Made by a program: the position numbers and the translations under genes | Origin: an uncultured Bacteroidales bacterium | GTDB taxonomy: Bacteria > Bacteroidota > Bacteroidia > Bacteroidales > UBA7960 | Assembly: GCA_964624065.1 (NCBI GenBank) | Contig: CAZUWF010000007.1 | Location: 14,134-78,133 of the forward strand | Reading direction: 5' to 3' | Length of the DNA: 64,000 nucleotides | The notes under the pieces: model-generated | Told to the model about the DNA's origin: nothing | What the model saw: only the letters and a program-made list of their open reading frames with translations | The model's database searches: none | In this document: positions 38,066 through 47,469 of the stretch, one piece after another | How the letters are laid out: each line of letters begins with the position of its first letter | Position numbering within the stretch: the stretch's first letter is position 1

Positions 38066-39340
38066 ATGTCAATAATACTTAAAAACGGAACTTTCATTAA
38101 CTGGGAAACCCTTGAATTTGTAGAGGCACACGTTGTGGCTTCCGAAAATAATCACGAGTCCCTCAAGTTGGTGAAAAAAGGAGAAGAATTGGAGATTGAA
38201 CCCTCCGACAAGGTGATAGATTGCACCGGACAATACATTACCAAGTCTTTTGGAGTAGGTCACCACCACGTTTATTCTGCATTGGCACGAGGAATGCCGG
38301 CACCAGCGGCAACACCCAACAACTTCAGGGAAATACTACAGTACATTTGGTGGAACTTGGACAAGGCTCTCGATGCCGAAACTATAGAAGCCAGTGCCCT
38401 TGCCACTGCCATGGCTTGTGCAAAATCGGGCGCAACATTTGCAATTGACCACCACGCCTCGCCAAACCACATTAAGGGTTCTCTCCAAATTATTGCGAGG
38501 GCATTTGACACCGTGGGCGTTTCGCACCTTCTGTGCTACGAGGTAACAGACCGCGACGGCCACAGGCAAACCCTTGAAGGCCTTGAGGAAAATTACCGAC
38601 ACATCGCCCTAAATCAAGGTTTGGTTGGATTGCACGCTTCATTTACCATTAGCAGCGACACTTTGAAAATGGCGGCAGAATTGATGGAAAAAACAGGGGC
38701 TGGAATACACATGCACCTTGCAGAAGACATTTACGATCAAGAGCAATGCCTAAACAATTACCGTAAAAGGGTGGCATTCAGGCTCAAGGATTATGGTTTC
38801 ATTGACAACCCAAAAAGTATCCTTGTCCACTGCCTCCACCTTGACGATGCCGAACGCGTACTCCTCAGTAACAGCCCGGCTTGGATTGCCCAAAATATGG
38901 AAAGCAACCTCAAGAACAAGGTTGGCCATTTCAATGGCTCGGGGCTTGCCAACAAGAGGATCATACTCGGCACCGATGGTATGCACAGCGATATGCTGCA
39001 AAGTGCAAAGGCTGCATTCTTTGCCGGTCAAAAAACCGATAAAGTAACCCCGGCAATTATCTATGAGCGTTTCAGAAACGTGCACCGCTATCTGGCTGAG
39101 AATAATTTTACTGGAGATGGTGCTAACAACCTGGTGGTACTCGATTACGACACCCCTACCCCGCTCGAACCCCAAAACTTTTTGGGACATTTCATTTTCG
39201 GTATGCGTTCCAACCATATAAGGCACGTTATTTCAAATGGCAAGCTAATAGTTAGGGACTGGGTTTTGAGAACAATAGACGAGGCCAGCACCTTGGAGTT
39301 TACAAAGGCTCAAGCTTTAAGATTGTGGCGAAAACTGTGA
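38066..39340 (+). CDS. ssnA: SsnA-family amidohydrolase (putative aminohydrolase SsnA)
   Basis: GVGHHHVYSALARGM, IWWNLDKALD and AIDHHASPNHIKGSL parallel E. coli SsnA (CSHNHFYSGLSRG, LWWRLDRALD, VIDHHASPAYIGGSL, from memory). Confidence 0.88.
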   Translation: MSIILKNGTFINWETLEFVEAHVVASENNHESLKLVKKGEELEIEPSDKVIDCTGQYITKSFGVGHHHVYSALARGMPAPAATPNNFREILQYIWWNLDKALDAETIEASALATAMACAKSGATFAIDHHASPNHIKGSLQIIARAFDTVGVSHLLCYEVTDRDGHRQTLEGLEENYRHIALNQGLVGLHASFTISSDTLKMAAELMEKTGAGIHMHLAEDIYDQEQCLNNYRKRVAFRLKDYGFIDNPKSILVHCLHLDDAERVLLSNSPAWIAQNMESNLKNKVGHFNGSGLANKRIILGTDGMHSDMLQSAKAAFFAGQKTDKVTPAIIYERFRNVHRYLAENNFTGDGANNLVVLDYDTPTPLEPQNFLGHFIFGMRSNHIRHVISNGKLIVRDWVLRTIDEASTLEFTKAQALRLWRKL

Positions 39341-39588
39341 TGATCTAAAACAATAATTAAATTAAAATTAGAATTGCGATCAATGGTTTTTTACCTCGAA
39401 AAATATGTGCTACTTGAGCCGATCTGATTATTTTCTTTGTTTTAGAATAATGATATAAAAGGTTTGAATATTTGGGGATTAATTGTAAATTATTAATATC
39501 TAAATCAATTCTTTTTGAGCCCTGTGAAAAACTTCTTGTACCTCGTGTTAAACCGTTAGGCCATTGGACCAACAAATACTTTAAACAA

Positions 39589-40959
39589 ATGCAAATCTTG
39601 ATTAAAAACGGCATGATTGTCAGCCATGAGGCTTCAATTAAAGAGGACCTCTTGATTGAGGACGGCAAAATTTTACAACGGGGACTTATTGATCTTAAGC
39701 CAGGGCCCCACCTAACCGAAATTGATGCCAGTGGTATGCTTGTGATTCCGGGAGCATTTGACCCGCACGTGCACATGTACCTGTCAACTGCGGCAGGCTT
39801 TTCGGCCGATGATTTTCAAACTGGAAGCTTGGCAGCCCTGGCCGGGGGAACCACTTTTTTCATTGATTTCGTAATTCCTAAAAAAGGTCAATCATTGCCA
39901 GATGCATTTCGCCAAAGGTTGAAGGAAGCGGAAAACTCGGTGATTGATTTTTCTTTTCACGTAAGCCCCATAACTTGGCACGAGAATTTGGAAAACGAGA
40001 TTAAAGAGTGCCTGGCGATGGGTGCAAAATCTTATAAGGTCTTTACTGCATATCTCGAATCAATTGGCATAGAAGGGGAGGTTTTGCAAAAAGTTGTGAG
40101 GCTCCTGGCCAAAAACGGAGCAATGCTGACGGTGCATGCCGAAACCGGAAGGGAAATTGAAAGGTTGCGAAACGATTACTTTGAGCAAGGGAAAACCTCG
40201 CCAATTTACCACGCTTTGAGCAGGCCAGCCAAAACCGAATCGGAAGCAGTAAAAATGCTTGTGGAACTGACCGCAGGAGAGGGTTGCCCCATGTACGTGG
40301 TCCACGTTTCGGCTGCCGAATCGTTAAAGCACATTAAGGGAGCAAAAAAATCAAACTTGAAGGTTTTCGCCGAAACTTGCCCGCAGTACCTGCTGCTTGA
40401 CCAAGAAAGTTATAACCAACCCTTCGACAAGGCAGCCAAATATGTATTGAGCCCACCATTACGAACAAAAAATGACATTGATTCATTGTGGGAATCATTG
40501 GCAAACAATACTTTAGACACGGTGGGAACGGATCACTGCCCTTTTACCTTGGAGCAAAAAAAGATGGGTTTGAACGATTTCAGAAAAATTCCAAACGGTG
40601 CCGGAGGGGTTGAGCATCGCCCAGCACTTTTGTTTTCAAAGGGCGTGCTCGAAAATCGAATTTCTTTGAACCGTTGGGTGGAACTAATATCAACGAATCC
40701 TGCAAAGATTTTCGGGCTTTATCCTCGCAAGGGAAGCATTGAGGTAGGTGCCGATGCCGACGTGGTGGTTTGGAACCCTAACACTAAAAGAACAATCTCG
40801 GCCACAGACCACCACCAGAACACCGACCTTAACATTTTCGAAGGAATTGAAACCACCGGAACCCCCGAATATGTAATCTTGAGGGGTCAGGTAGTGGTTT
40901 CAAATGGCAGACTTCATGATACCAGCCATTTGAAGGGAAGGTTCCTGCGCCAAGATTAA
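39589..40959 (+). CDS. hyuA: Dihydropyrimidinase / D-hydantoinase (HyuA-like cyclic amidohydrolase)
   Basis: Has the metal motif FDPHVHMY, the carbamylated-Lys context AKSYKVFTAY, and VHAE / VVHVS / TDHCPF blocks. ATG 39589 (MQILIKNGMIV) gives the canonical N-terminus. The track start at 39472 adds 39 non-homologous residues. Confidence 0.88.
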   Translation: MQILIKNGMIVSHEASIKEDLLIEDGKILQRGLIDLKPGPHLTEIDASGMLVIPGAFDPHVHMYLSTAAGFSADDFQTGSLAALAGGTTFFIDFVIPKKGQSLPDAFRQRLKEAENSVIDFSFHVSPITWHENLENEIKECLAMGAKSYKVFTAYLESIGIEGEVLQKVVRLLAKNGAMLTVHAETGREIERLRNDYFEQGKTSPIYHALSRPAKTESEAVKMLVELTAGEGCPMYVVHVSAAESLKHIKGAKKSNLKVFAETCPQYLLLDQESYNQPFDKAAKYVLSPPLRTKNDIDSLWESLANNTLDTVGTDHCPFTLEQKKMGLNDFRKIPNGAGGVEHRPALLFSKGVLENRISLNRWVELISTNPAKIFGLYPRKGSIEVGADADVVVWNPNTKRTISATDHHQNTDLNIFEGIETTGTPEYVILRGQVVVSNGRLHDTSHLKGRFLRQD

Positions 40960-40990
40960 TAGAGTGTAAAATGCGAGGATGAGAAAAGAA

Positions 40991-41016
40991 ATAAATTTGA
41001 ATTATTGCAAATTTAT
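40991..41016. terminator. AT-rich hairpin between the convergent hyuA and lpxH genes (possible bidirectional terminator)
   Basis: ATAAATTTG-aattattg-CAAATTTAT gives a 9-bp stem. The stem is weak (all A/T but one pair). Confidence 0.25.
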
Positions 41017-41093
41017 GCCTAAAACAGGTATTTGAGCAATCAATTGCAAATCGTTAATCTTGTTGTACTTTGCTTCGAGGTGCACTTGGTTGA

Positions 41094-41867
41094 TTAATGG
41101 CCACCAATCTCATTTTCGTACTTACGCAGGCTTAAGGTCTCACCGTCAAAAACGGCAAATGAAAAGTTTGTTACCCAGTCGCCAACGCTGATATATCGGG
41201 ATCCACCTTCAAGTTCTAAGTCAAGCGGTATGTGGCGATGCCCCATTACTAAAAAATCAAGGTGCTTTTCCTTGAGTTTTTTTCGGCAATACTGGTAAAG
41301 TCTTTCATTTTCCGGTCCCGAGTAGATCAAGTCTCTTGGGGCGTTTTTCTTCCTGCTTTTGTTGGAGAAAAAGCCTGCCAGCCAAGCACCAAGGCTGGGG
41401 GGTAACATGGCAAAAAGCCTTTGATTGATTTTGTTTGAGAAAATCCATTTTATGAACTTGTAACCCCTGTCACCCGGACCCAATCCATCTCCGTGAGCGA
41501 TGAAAAATGTTTTGCCGTTAATTTCTGTTTCGAGACTTGATTCAAAAACATTCATTCCAAGTTCGTTTGAAAAGAACCCAAAATCCCAAATATCATGGTT
41601 ACCCTTAAAGAAGTTCACCGGAATTCCTCTATCAGTTATTTCAGCAATTTTACCCAGCAGCCGTGAGTATCCCTTCGGAACCACCGTTGCGTATTCGAAC
41701 CAGAAATCGAATAAATCGCCCAGGATGTATATTGCGGCAGCATCGACCTTAACCTCATCGAGCCATTTTACCAAAAGCCTTTCGCGCTGCTTACTTGATT
41801 CCCTATCAGGGATACCCAAGTGTATGTCTGTCACGAAATAAACCTTTTGTCCCTTGGAAAGATGCAT
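41094..41867 (-). CDS. lpxH: UDP-2,3-diacylglucosamine diphosphatase
   Basis: Has calcineurin-like phosphoesterase motifs VTDIHLG, GDLFDFWFEY and GNHDIW and the LpxH-type layout. ATG 41867 is preferred over the TTG at 41891. Confidence 0.85.
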   Translation of the reverse strand: MHLSKGQKVYFVTDIHLGIPDRESSKQRERLLVKWLDEVKVDAAAIYILGDLFDFWFEYATVVPKGYSRLLGKIAEITDRGIPVNFFKGNHDIWDFGFFSNELGMNVFESSLETEINGKTFFIAHGDGLGPGDRGYKFIKWIFSNKINQRLFAMLPPSLGAWLAGFFSNKSRKKNAPRDLIYSGPENERLYQYCRKKLKEKHLDFLVMGHRHIPLDLELEGGSRYISVGDWVTNFSFAVFDGETLSLRKYENEIGGH

Positions 41868-41900
41868 TGATGTGGATTTTGAAAGCAACAAAACTCGATA

Positions 41901-42446
41901 CTACCTTCTATTGGAATTATCAAAAACGAAAAACAGGAACAAAATAAAGGTGGATGACACCAGGGTATTTACCACCGAAACACCCACCGTTGTATGCAGC
42001 CTACTCAAATTAAAGACCTCGAGTGAAAATAGACAAAAATGATGTAATCCAACCAGAATGATTGTGTACAGAAAAATCCACTGGACCCCCATATTTGAGA
42101 ATCTGGGTACCGTTCCTTCGTCATACCTCTCGCGCGTGGAGATTAACCTTATTATTGCCGGCCTGAAGAAGGCCATAAGGACAGTAGCAGCAGCATGCAT
42201 TCCCAATGTGTCCAAAAATGCATCAACCAACAGTCCAAGAAAGAAAGATATTATAAGCATTAGCCATCCTGGAAAAGAAACCGGAAGCAATAGGATTGGA
42301 AAGATATACACGTAAGGATTAATATAACCCCCAAGGTTAACATAGTTCAAGACAAGAACTTGCAAAGCAACTACCGATAAGGCAAAAACAAATATTTTGA
42401 ACGTAGAGGTCAATTTAATAAAAAAGTTACTTAATGAAAATATCAA
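41901..42446 (-). CDS. mreD: Rod shape-determining protein MreD
   Basis: A polytopic protein of about 180 aa directly after mreC. The apparent TTG start overlaps the mreC TGA stop. Confidence 0.8.
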   Translation of the reverse strand: MIFSLSNFFIKLTSTFKIFVFALSVVALQVLVLNYVNLGGYINPYVYIFPILLLPVSFPGWLMLIISFFLGLLVDAFLDTLGMHAAATVLMAFFRPAIIRLISTRERYDEGTVPRFSNMGVQWIFLYTIILVGLHHFCLFSLEVFNLSRLHTTVGVSVVNTLVSSTFILFLFFVFDNSNRR

Positions 42447-43264
42447 TTCACACCCTCGAGTTTTAACTGCTCTTCCAAAAACAGGTTTTTAACAACCTGA
42501 ACATATCTTAATTTGTTAAAATCCTGCGTTAGTTCAATTTTTGCAACAGAATAATTGCCTCCTCTTTGAAGGGTAAAATCCTTTATTATTCCAACTAAAA
42601 TGTTTTGAGGAAATATTGTTGAGAGGCCGCTGGTAATTACTGTATCACCAACCATCAGCTCCAGATGGCCCGGGATGTAGGCAACGTCGGCAAACCTGTA
42701 GTTATTTCCATCCCAAGTTAATGACCCTACGTAATCGTTTCTCTTGATCCTTACCGAGGCCTGAAAATCAGTGTTCAGAACCGAAATGACCGTGCTAAAA
42801 TTTCTGGAAACGTTTACCACAATTCCCACTGGGCCCCTGAAAGTAATCACTCCCATATTTGGTTCTATTCCATGATCGCTTCCCTTGTCCAAGGTAAGGA
42901 AATTGTTACGGCGATTTATTGTATTGTTAATAACACCCGCATTGATGTATTCAAATTTTCTGTGGTTAAGTGTGTCCACAAAAAAATGTACGCTATCATC
43001 CCTTAATAAAAACGATATTTCATTTTGCTCGAGCAGCTTGGTGTTTTCTAGTGCCAGTTGCTGGTTAACCCGCTTTAGGCTAAAGTATTCAAAAATCCCT
43101 GTCTTTATTTGGTAGATGTTTCCAACGATAAAGTTTGAAGAGCCTGAAAAAATAGCCCTTTGAAAACTGTGCTGCCCGAAGACAATAAACAAGGCAACAG
43201 TTTCCAAGAATAGGAAAAGTAAAAAGAAATTATACTTAATTATGAACCTAAAAAGGTTTTTCAT
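42443..43264 (-). CDS. mreC: Rod shape-determining protein MreC
   Basis: Has an N-terminal TM helix, a coiled-coil segment and beta-barrel domains. It sits between mreB and mreD. Confidence 0.88.
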   Translation of the reverse strand: MKNLFRFIIKYNFFLLFLFLETVALFIVFGQHSFQRAIFSGSSNFIVGNIYQIKTGIFEYFSLKRVNQQLALENTKLLEQNEISFLLRDDSVHFFVDTLNHRKFEYINAGVINNTINRRNNFLTLDKGSDHGIEPNMGVITFRGPVGIVVNVSRNFSTVISVLNTDFQASVRIKRNDYVGSLTWDGNNYRFADVAYIPGHLELMVGDTVITSGLSTIFPQNILVGIIKDFTLQRGGNYSVAKIELTQDFNKLRYVQVVKNLFLEEQLKLEGVN

Positions 43265-43322
43265 TGCGAATAATTAACACACCCCTTGAACAAGGAGGTC
43301 AATTCAATTGAAACCAAAGTTA

Positions 43323-44345
43323 CTATTTGATTAAAAAGGGGAAACTATAGAAGTTCTTCAATGCTATTCCGGTTCCCCTGGCAACGGCTTTCAACGGGTC
43401 CTCGGCTACATGAACCGGCAATTTTGTTTTCAAAGAAATTCGTTTGTCAAGTCCTCTCAACAATGCCCCGCCCCCTGCCAGGTATATGCCTGTGCGGTAA
43501 ATATCTGCAGCCAGCTCCGGAGGTGTTATTTCAAGGGTGTTTAGAACTGCGGTTTCTATTTTTGAAATGGACTTGTCAAGGGCATTTACAATATCGATAT
43601 GCGAAATATGTATTTCTTTTGGAATGCCAGTCATAAGATCCCTGCCGTGAACCGCAAATTCCTGTGGCGGGTTGTCAAGGTCATTAATGGCGGCGCCCAC
43701 CTCAATTTTGATCCTTTCGGCGGTGCGCTCACCAACCAAGAGGTTATATTCCTTGCGAAGGTATTCCATTATGTCGGTGTTAAGGTCGTCGCCGGCAATT
43801 CTGATGGAAACCTTGCAAACTATACCACCCATAGCAATGACGGCAATTTCTGTGGTACCTCCACCAATGTCGATTACGATGTTTCCTGATGGCTCCAAAA
43901 CATCGAGGCCAATTCCAATTGCGGCTGCCATTGGCTCGTGAATAAGCCTAACTTCCTTGGCACCGGCCTGCTCGCACGAATCACGAACGGCCCGCTCTTC
44001 AACCTCGGTAATTCCTGAAGGTATGCAAACTACCATCTTCAATGATGGTGAGAAAAGGCTTTTCTTGGATTCGGTCATTTTAATCATTTCGCGAATCATT
44101 GCCTCAGCAGCGTGAAAGTCGGCTATTACCCCATCGCGTAGCGGACGCAGGGTTTTAACCTTCTCGTGAGTTTTGCCGTGCATCATCATGGCCTTTTTGC
44201 CCACGGCAATGACCTTGTTGGTTTGCCTGTCAATGGCCACAATCGAAGGCTCGTCAACCACAACCCTATCGTTGTGAATTATGACCGTGTTTGCCGTTCC
44301 GAGGTCAATGGCAATTTCTTTTGTAAGGAAAGAGAATAATCCCAT
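43323..44345 (-). CDS. mreB: Rod shape-determining actin-like protein MreB
   Basis: 340 aa with IDLGTANTVI, the VIDIGGGTTEIAV phosphate-binding motif and IYLAGGGALLRGL. Confidence 0.97.
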   Translation of the reverse strand: MGLFSFLTKEIAIDLGTANTVIIHNDRVVVDEPSIVAIDRQTNKVIAVGKKAMMMHGKTHEKVKTLRPLRDGVIADFHAAEAMIREMIKMTESKKSLFSPSLKMVVCIPSGITEVEERAVRDSCEQAGAKEVRLIHEPMAAAIGIGLDVLEPSGNIVIDIGGGTTEIAVIAMGGIVCKVSIRIAGDDLNTDIMEYLRKEYNLLVGERTAERIKIEVGAAINDLDNPPQEFAVHGRDLMTGIPKEIHISHIDIVNALDKSISKIETAVLNTLEITPPELAADIYRTGIYLAGGGALLRGLDKRISLKTKLPVHVAEDPLKAVARGTGIALKNFYSFPFLIK

Positions 44346-44367
44346 TTATATCAATATGTTAGGTTAA

Positions 44368-45891
44368 TCAATGTCTAAAATGCCTTGTTCCGGTGAAAAC
44401 CATCTTCATCCCCACTTGGTTACAATAGTCTATTGAATCCTGGTCGCGGATTGACCCGCCTGGCTGAACAACTGCAGAAATACCCGCTTCAGATGCCATC
44501 TTCACCCCATCGGAAAAAGGGAAAAAGGCATCTGATGCAACCACAGCCCCATTTAAGGAGTTACCAAACTCTTTGGCCTTGCCGATTGCCTGCTTCAAGG
44601 CATCAATCCTTGATGTTTGCCCGGCACCCATACCCAAAAGCTTCTTTCCCTTTACCAATGCTATGGCATTGGATTTGAGATGCCTTGCAACAATGTTGGC
44701 AAACCTTAGGTCAGACTGCTCGGCTTCATTGGGTTTTTCTATGGTAACGTTTTGCCACTTTTCTTGTGAAAAAACCGAATAATCAGTCGATTGCCAAAGA
44801 ACCCCTCCAAGAATAGACCTGAATTGCTCGGGTGCAAAGGTAACCACTTTCTGCAACAAAATGATTCGATTTTTTTTGCATCCCAAAATCTCAAGGCCTT
44901 CGTGGTCAAATCCAGGAGCAATCAACACCTCAAAAAATATCTTGTCCATGGCAATTGCAACATCGCGGGTAATGGGCCTGTTGGCTGCAATAATACCCCC
45001 GAATGCCGAGATCGGATCACCTGCCAAGGCTTGCTCCCAAGCATCGAGAAGGCATTGGCGGCTTGCTATGCCACAGGCATTGGTATGCTTGATTATTGCC
45101 ACCGTGGGTTCATCAAATTCGCCAATTATCGATACTGCTGCATCAATATCGAGCAAATTGTTGAATGATAGTGGCTTGCCCTGAAGCTGCCTGAATACCT
45201 CATCTAGGTTTCCGAAAAACAACCCTTTTTGGTGGGGGTTTTCTCCATAACGCAATTCAAAAGCAGAATCAATGTTCTTGAAAAATACTGGGGCAAAATC
45301 GCGTCCAAGGTATCCAGAAATGACTGCATCGTAAGTGGTCGAAACCCTGAATGCCGCCGCCGCGTACCTTCTACGCTCCTCCAAATTTGAACTACCGTGG
45401 CTTACTTCGAGCAGGTCAACAGCTTCATCGAAATAGGCACGGGAAGGAATGACCAAAACATTGTGGTAGTTCTTTGCCGCAGCCCTTAGTAGCGAAATGC
45501 CTCCAATGTCAATTTTTTCAAGAATCTCAGAGTGATTGGCACCACTGGCAAGAGTTTCGCCAAAAGGGTAAAGATCAACAACAACCATATCGAATGGAAG
45601 AATATTGTAATCTATTAATTGTTGATTATCCAAATCAACATCAGCCCTAAACAGAATGCCACCGAAAATTGCAGGATGGAGGGTTTTGATCCGCCCCCCA
45701 AATATTGAGGGATAGCCTGTAAGGCTCTCAACAGATACTGCAGGGATGCCAAGTGAATTAATGAATTGGAGCGTGCCACCCGTGCTAACCAACTCAACAC
45801 CAAGATTGTGTAGGGCTTCAATCAACCCCAATGCAGGCTCCTTTTCATAGACAGAAATCAGAGCCCTGGCTACACGCTTTTGTCCTTCCAT
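44368..45891 (-). CDS. purH: Bifunctional AICAR formyltransferase / IMP cyclohydrolase
   Basis: Has an MGS-like N-terminus (RALISVYEK) and an AICARFT domain, and ends in FTGTRHFRH. The ATG at 45891 lies 34 nt downstream of a -7 box. Confidence 0.96.
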   Translation of the reverse strand: MEGQKRVARALISVYEKEPALGLIEALHNLGVELVSTGGTLQFINSLGIPAVSVESLTGYPSIFGGRIKTLHPAIFGGILFRADVDLDNQQLIDYNILPFDMVVVDLYPFGETLASGANHSEILEKIDIGGISLLRAAAKNYHNVLVIPSRAYFDEAVDLLEVSHGSSNLEERRRYAAAAFRVSTTYDAVISGYLGRDFAPVFFKNIDSAFELRYGENPHQKGLFFGNLDEVFRQLQGKPLSFNNLLDIDAAVSIIGEFDEPTVAIIKHTNACGIASRQCLLDAWEQALAGDPISAFGGIIAANRPITRDVAIAMDKIFFEVLIAPGFDHEGLEILGCKKNRIILLQKVVTFAPEQFRSILGGVLWQSTDYSVFSQEKWQNVTIEKPNEAEQSDLRFANIVARHLKSNAIALVKGKKLLGMGAGQTSRIDALKQAIGKAKEFGNSLNGAVVASDAFFPFSDGVKMASEAGISAVVQPGGSIRDQDSIDYCNQVGMKMVFTGTRHFRH

Positions 45892-45924
45892 TTTTGGTGA
45901 TGGTTTTCCTTTGAATTTGGCTGC

Positions 45925-45932
45925 CAAAATTA
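45925..45932 (-). promoter_or_regulatory. -7 promoter box (TAATTTTG) for purH-mreBCD
   Basis: A TAnnTTTG match on the minus strand, 34 nt upstream of purH ATG 45891. Confidence 0.45.
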
Positions 45933-45953
45933 ATAATTTTGAACAAAAAGCGG

Positions 45954-45961
45954 TACCTTTG
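45954..45961 (+). promoter_or_regulatory. -7 promoter box (TACCTTTG) for the YitT-family gene
   Basis: A TAnnTTTG match 34 nt upstream of ATG 45995. It is divergent from the purH box 22 nt away. Confidence 0.45.
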
Positions 45962-45994
45962 CGACCAGAAAAATGAAATTAAAAATCAAGGAAA

Positions 45995-46909
45995 ATGTCA
46001 TACGTAACCAAAGAAAAATTGTTTTCGAAAGAATGGTTCAAGGCTTACTCGCTAATAACCATCGGTGCCTTTATAATGGCTTTGGGATACGTGTTTTTCA
46101 TTGCGCCCAACAAAATAGTTCCAGGTGGGGTTTACGGCATAGGCATTGTACTCAATTACCTGGTTGGTATTCCGATCGGATTAACGGGTTTGGTCTTCAA
46201 CATTCCGCTTGCCATAATTGGGGTTAAATTGCTTGGACCAAGGTTTGGGGTAAAGACTGTGGTTGGATTTTTCCTGGCCTCTGGTTTCATTGATGGGTTA
46301 ACACTGCTATGGGGTAGCAAGCCACTGGTGGAAAATGATTTGTTGCTTTCGAGCATTTTTGGAGGAATTTTGATAGGTTTCGGTCTTGCACTGATTTTTA
46401 AGGCCAAGGCAACATCTGGCGGGTCAACAATCATAGCGATGATTATGACAAAGACAACGCGAATTCCCATAGGGCAAACCCTTATTATTGTTGATTCGGT
46501 TATCGTTATCTTTGGTTTGTTAGGTTTTGCCGACTGGCAAAATATGAAACTCAACTGGGAAATACCACTTTACTCACTAATTGTTATCTACATTACAGGA
46601 AAAGTAATTGACTTGGTACTCGAGGGAGTTTCCTATCAAAAAACCCTTTTCATAATCAGTGAAAAGCACGAAGATATTGCCAAAAAAATACTTTTTGACC
46701 TAAACCGAGGTGGAACCTACCTTTCGGGCAAGGGAATGTACAACAATTCAGACAAGAACGTGATATTCGTGAATGTAAGCCGCCGCGAGCTCGCAATATT
46801 GCAGGATTACATTCACCAAATTGACCCCCAGGCTTTCATTACAGTGATCAATGCATCTGAAATCCTTGGGTTAGGATTCAAATCCCTGCACGAGAAAGTT
46901 TCGGATTAG
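45995..46909 (+). CDS. YitT-family membrane protein (DUF2179 C-terminal domain)
   Basis: The N-terminal region YSLITIGAFIMALGYVFFIAPNKIVPGGVYGIG is characteristic of YitT. There are five or more TM helices and a soluble C-terminal domain. Confidence 0.85.
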   Translation: MSYVTKEKLFSKEWFKAYSLITIGAFIMALGYVFFIAPNKIVPGGVYGIGIVLNYLVGIPIGLTGLVFNIPLAIIGVKLLGPRFGVKTVVGFFLASGFIDGLTLLWGSKPLVENDLLLSSIFGGILIGFGLALIFKAKATSGGSTIIAMIMTKTTRIPIGQTLIIVDSVIVIFGLLGFADWQNMKLNWEIPLYSLIVIYITGKVIDLVLEGVSYQKTLFIISEKHEDIAKKILFDLNRGGTYLSGKGMYNNSDKNVIFVNVSRRELAILQDYIHQIDPQAFITVINASEILGLGFKSLHEKVSD

Positions 46910-46921
46910 CCTACACCAATT

Positions 46922-46950
46922 GGGCAAAAGACGATACGTAGTTTTTGCCC
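46922..46950 (+). terminator. Hairpin 12 nt downstream of the YitT-family gene stop (possible terminator, no U-tract)
   Basis: GGGCAAAA-13 nt-TTTTGCCC gives an 8-bp stem. Confidence 0.3.
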
Positions 46951-47410
46951 TAAACATTGTAACAATTGGGGCTGGCGATGTGCCACGTAGTTGTTGGTAA
47001 TGGTAAAAGGCCTTTAGCCTCAAGACATTTCTTGAAGTCCTCCCTTCATTTGCCAGTGTTTTTGAATGCTCCTTCATAAACCTTTTAATATAATTTGCCT
47101 GACAAAGTAACGTATTCTAATCCATACTCTTCCTTGTTAAAGGCAAGGTGCAAATTCATTTTTAACGGTGAAACATGGTCTGACCGGAAAAGCCATTAAG
47201 GAACTTGTGCAGCGGAATATCTTAGTTTCTCGTCGAGACACCTCATTGCAGAGCCGTAATACAACTGAAGGTTGAAAAAACACCCTACTCCTTTCACTTC
47301 GAACTTCCTTCTATCCTAATGGTGCATTTTATTGTAACACTTTTCTGGCCGCAATGGAGCGCAGCAGTAAGTGCCTGCTGGTTTTGTTTCTATGGATCTG
47401 CATTTGGTTT

Positions 47411-47422
47411 AAAAAAAAAAAA
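47411..47422 (+). repeat. A12 homopolymer tract upstream of the sigma-factor promoter
   Basis: Counted directly: 12 consecutive A, ending 40 nt upstream of the TACTTTTG box. Confidence 0.95.
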
Positions 47423-47461
47423 TTATTTAGAACAAAAACTTTTGGCCTTACAAATTGTTGG

Positions 47462-47469
47462 TACTTTTG
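47462..47469 (+). promoter_or_regulatory. -7 promoter box (TACTTTTG) for the sigma-factor gene
   Basis: A TAnnTTTG match 59 nt upstream of ATG 47528. Confidence 0.35.

Noticed and set aside
39357-39776. 139-aa minus-strand ORF and the 39472 plus-strand start that extends hyuA by 39 codons
   Set aside because: The hydantoinase homology begins at MQILIKNGMIV (ATG 39589). The extension and the antisense ORF cover the AT-rich ssnA-hyuA spacer and show no similarity to anything I recognise.
28799-40959. Possibility of selenocysteine (in-frame TGA) genes or SECIS elements in the 'selenium-linked' cluster
   Set aside because: All six CDSs are uninterrupted full-length frames with normal spacing. 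There are no split ORF pairs separated by a single TGA. Selenium dependence, if any, would be through a labile Se cofactor and cannot be judged from this window.
40992-40999. TAAATTTG match to the -7 promoter consensus between hyuA and lpxH
   Set aside because: No gene lies downstream on either strand because the flanking genes converge. It shows that the motif occurs by chance in AT-rich spacers, so I only called boxes at an appropriate distance from a start codon.
47170-47215. GGTCTGACCGGAAAAGCCATTAAGGAAC, which superficially resembles the SRP (4.5S) RNA domain IV sequence GGUCAGGUCCGGAAGGAAGCAGCCAAGG
   Set aside because: The similarity is only partial. I could not draw the flanking helix 5/8 pairing or the conserved GNAR tetraloop context, so I am not calling an ncRNA without an Infernal scan.
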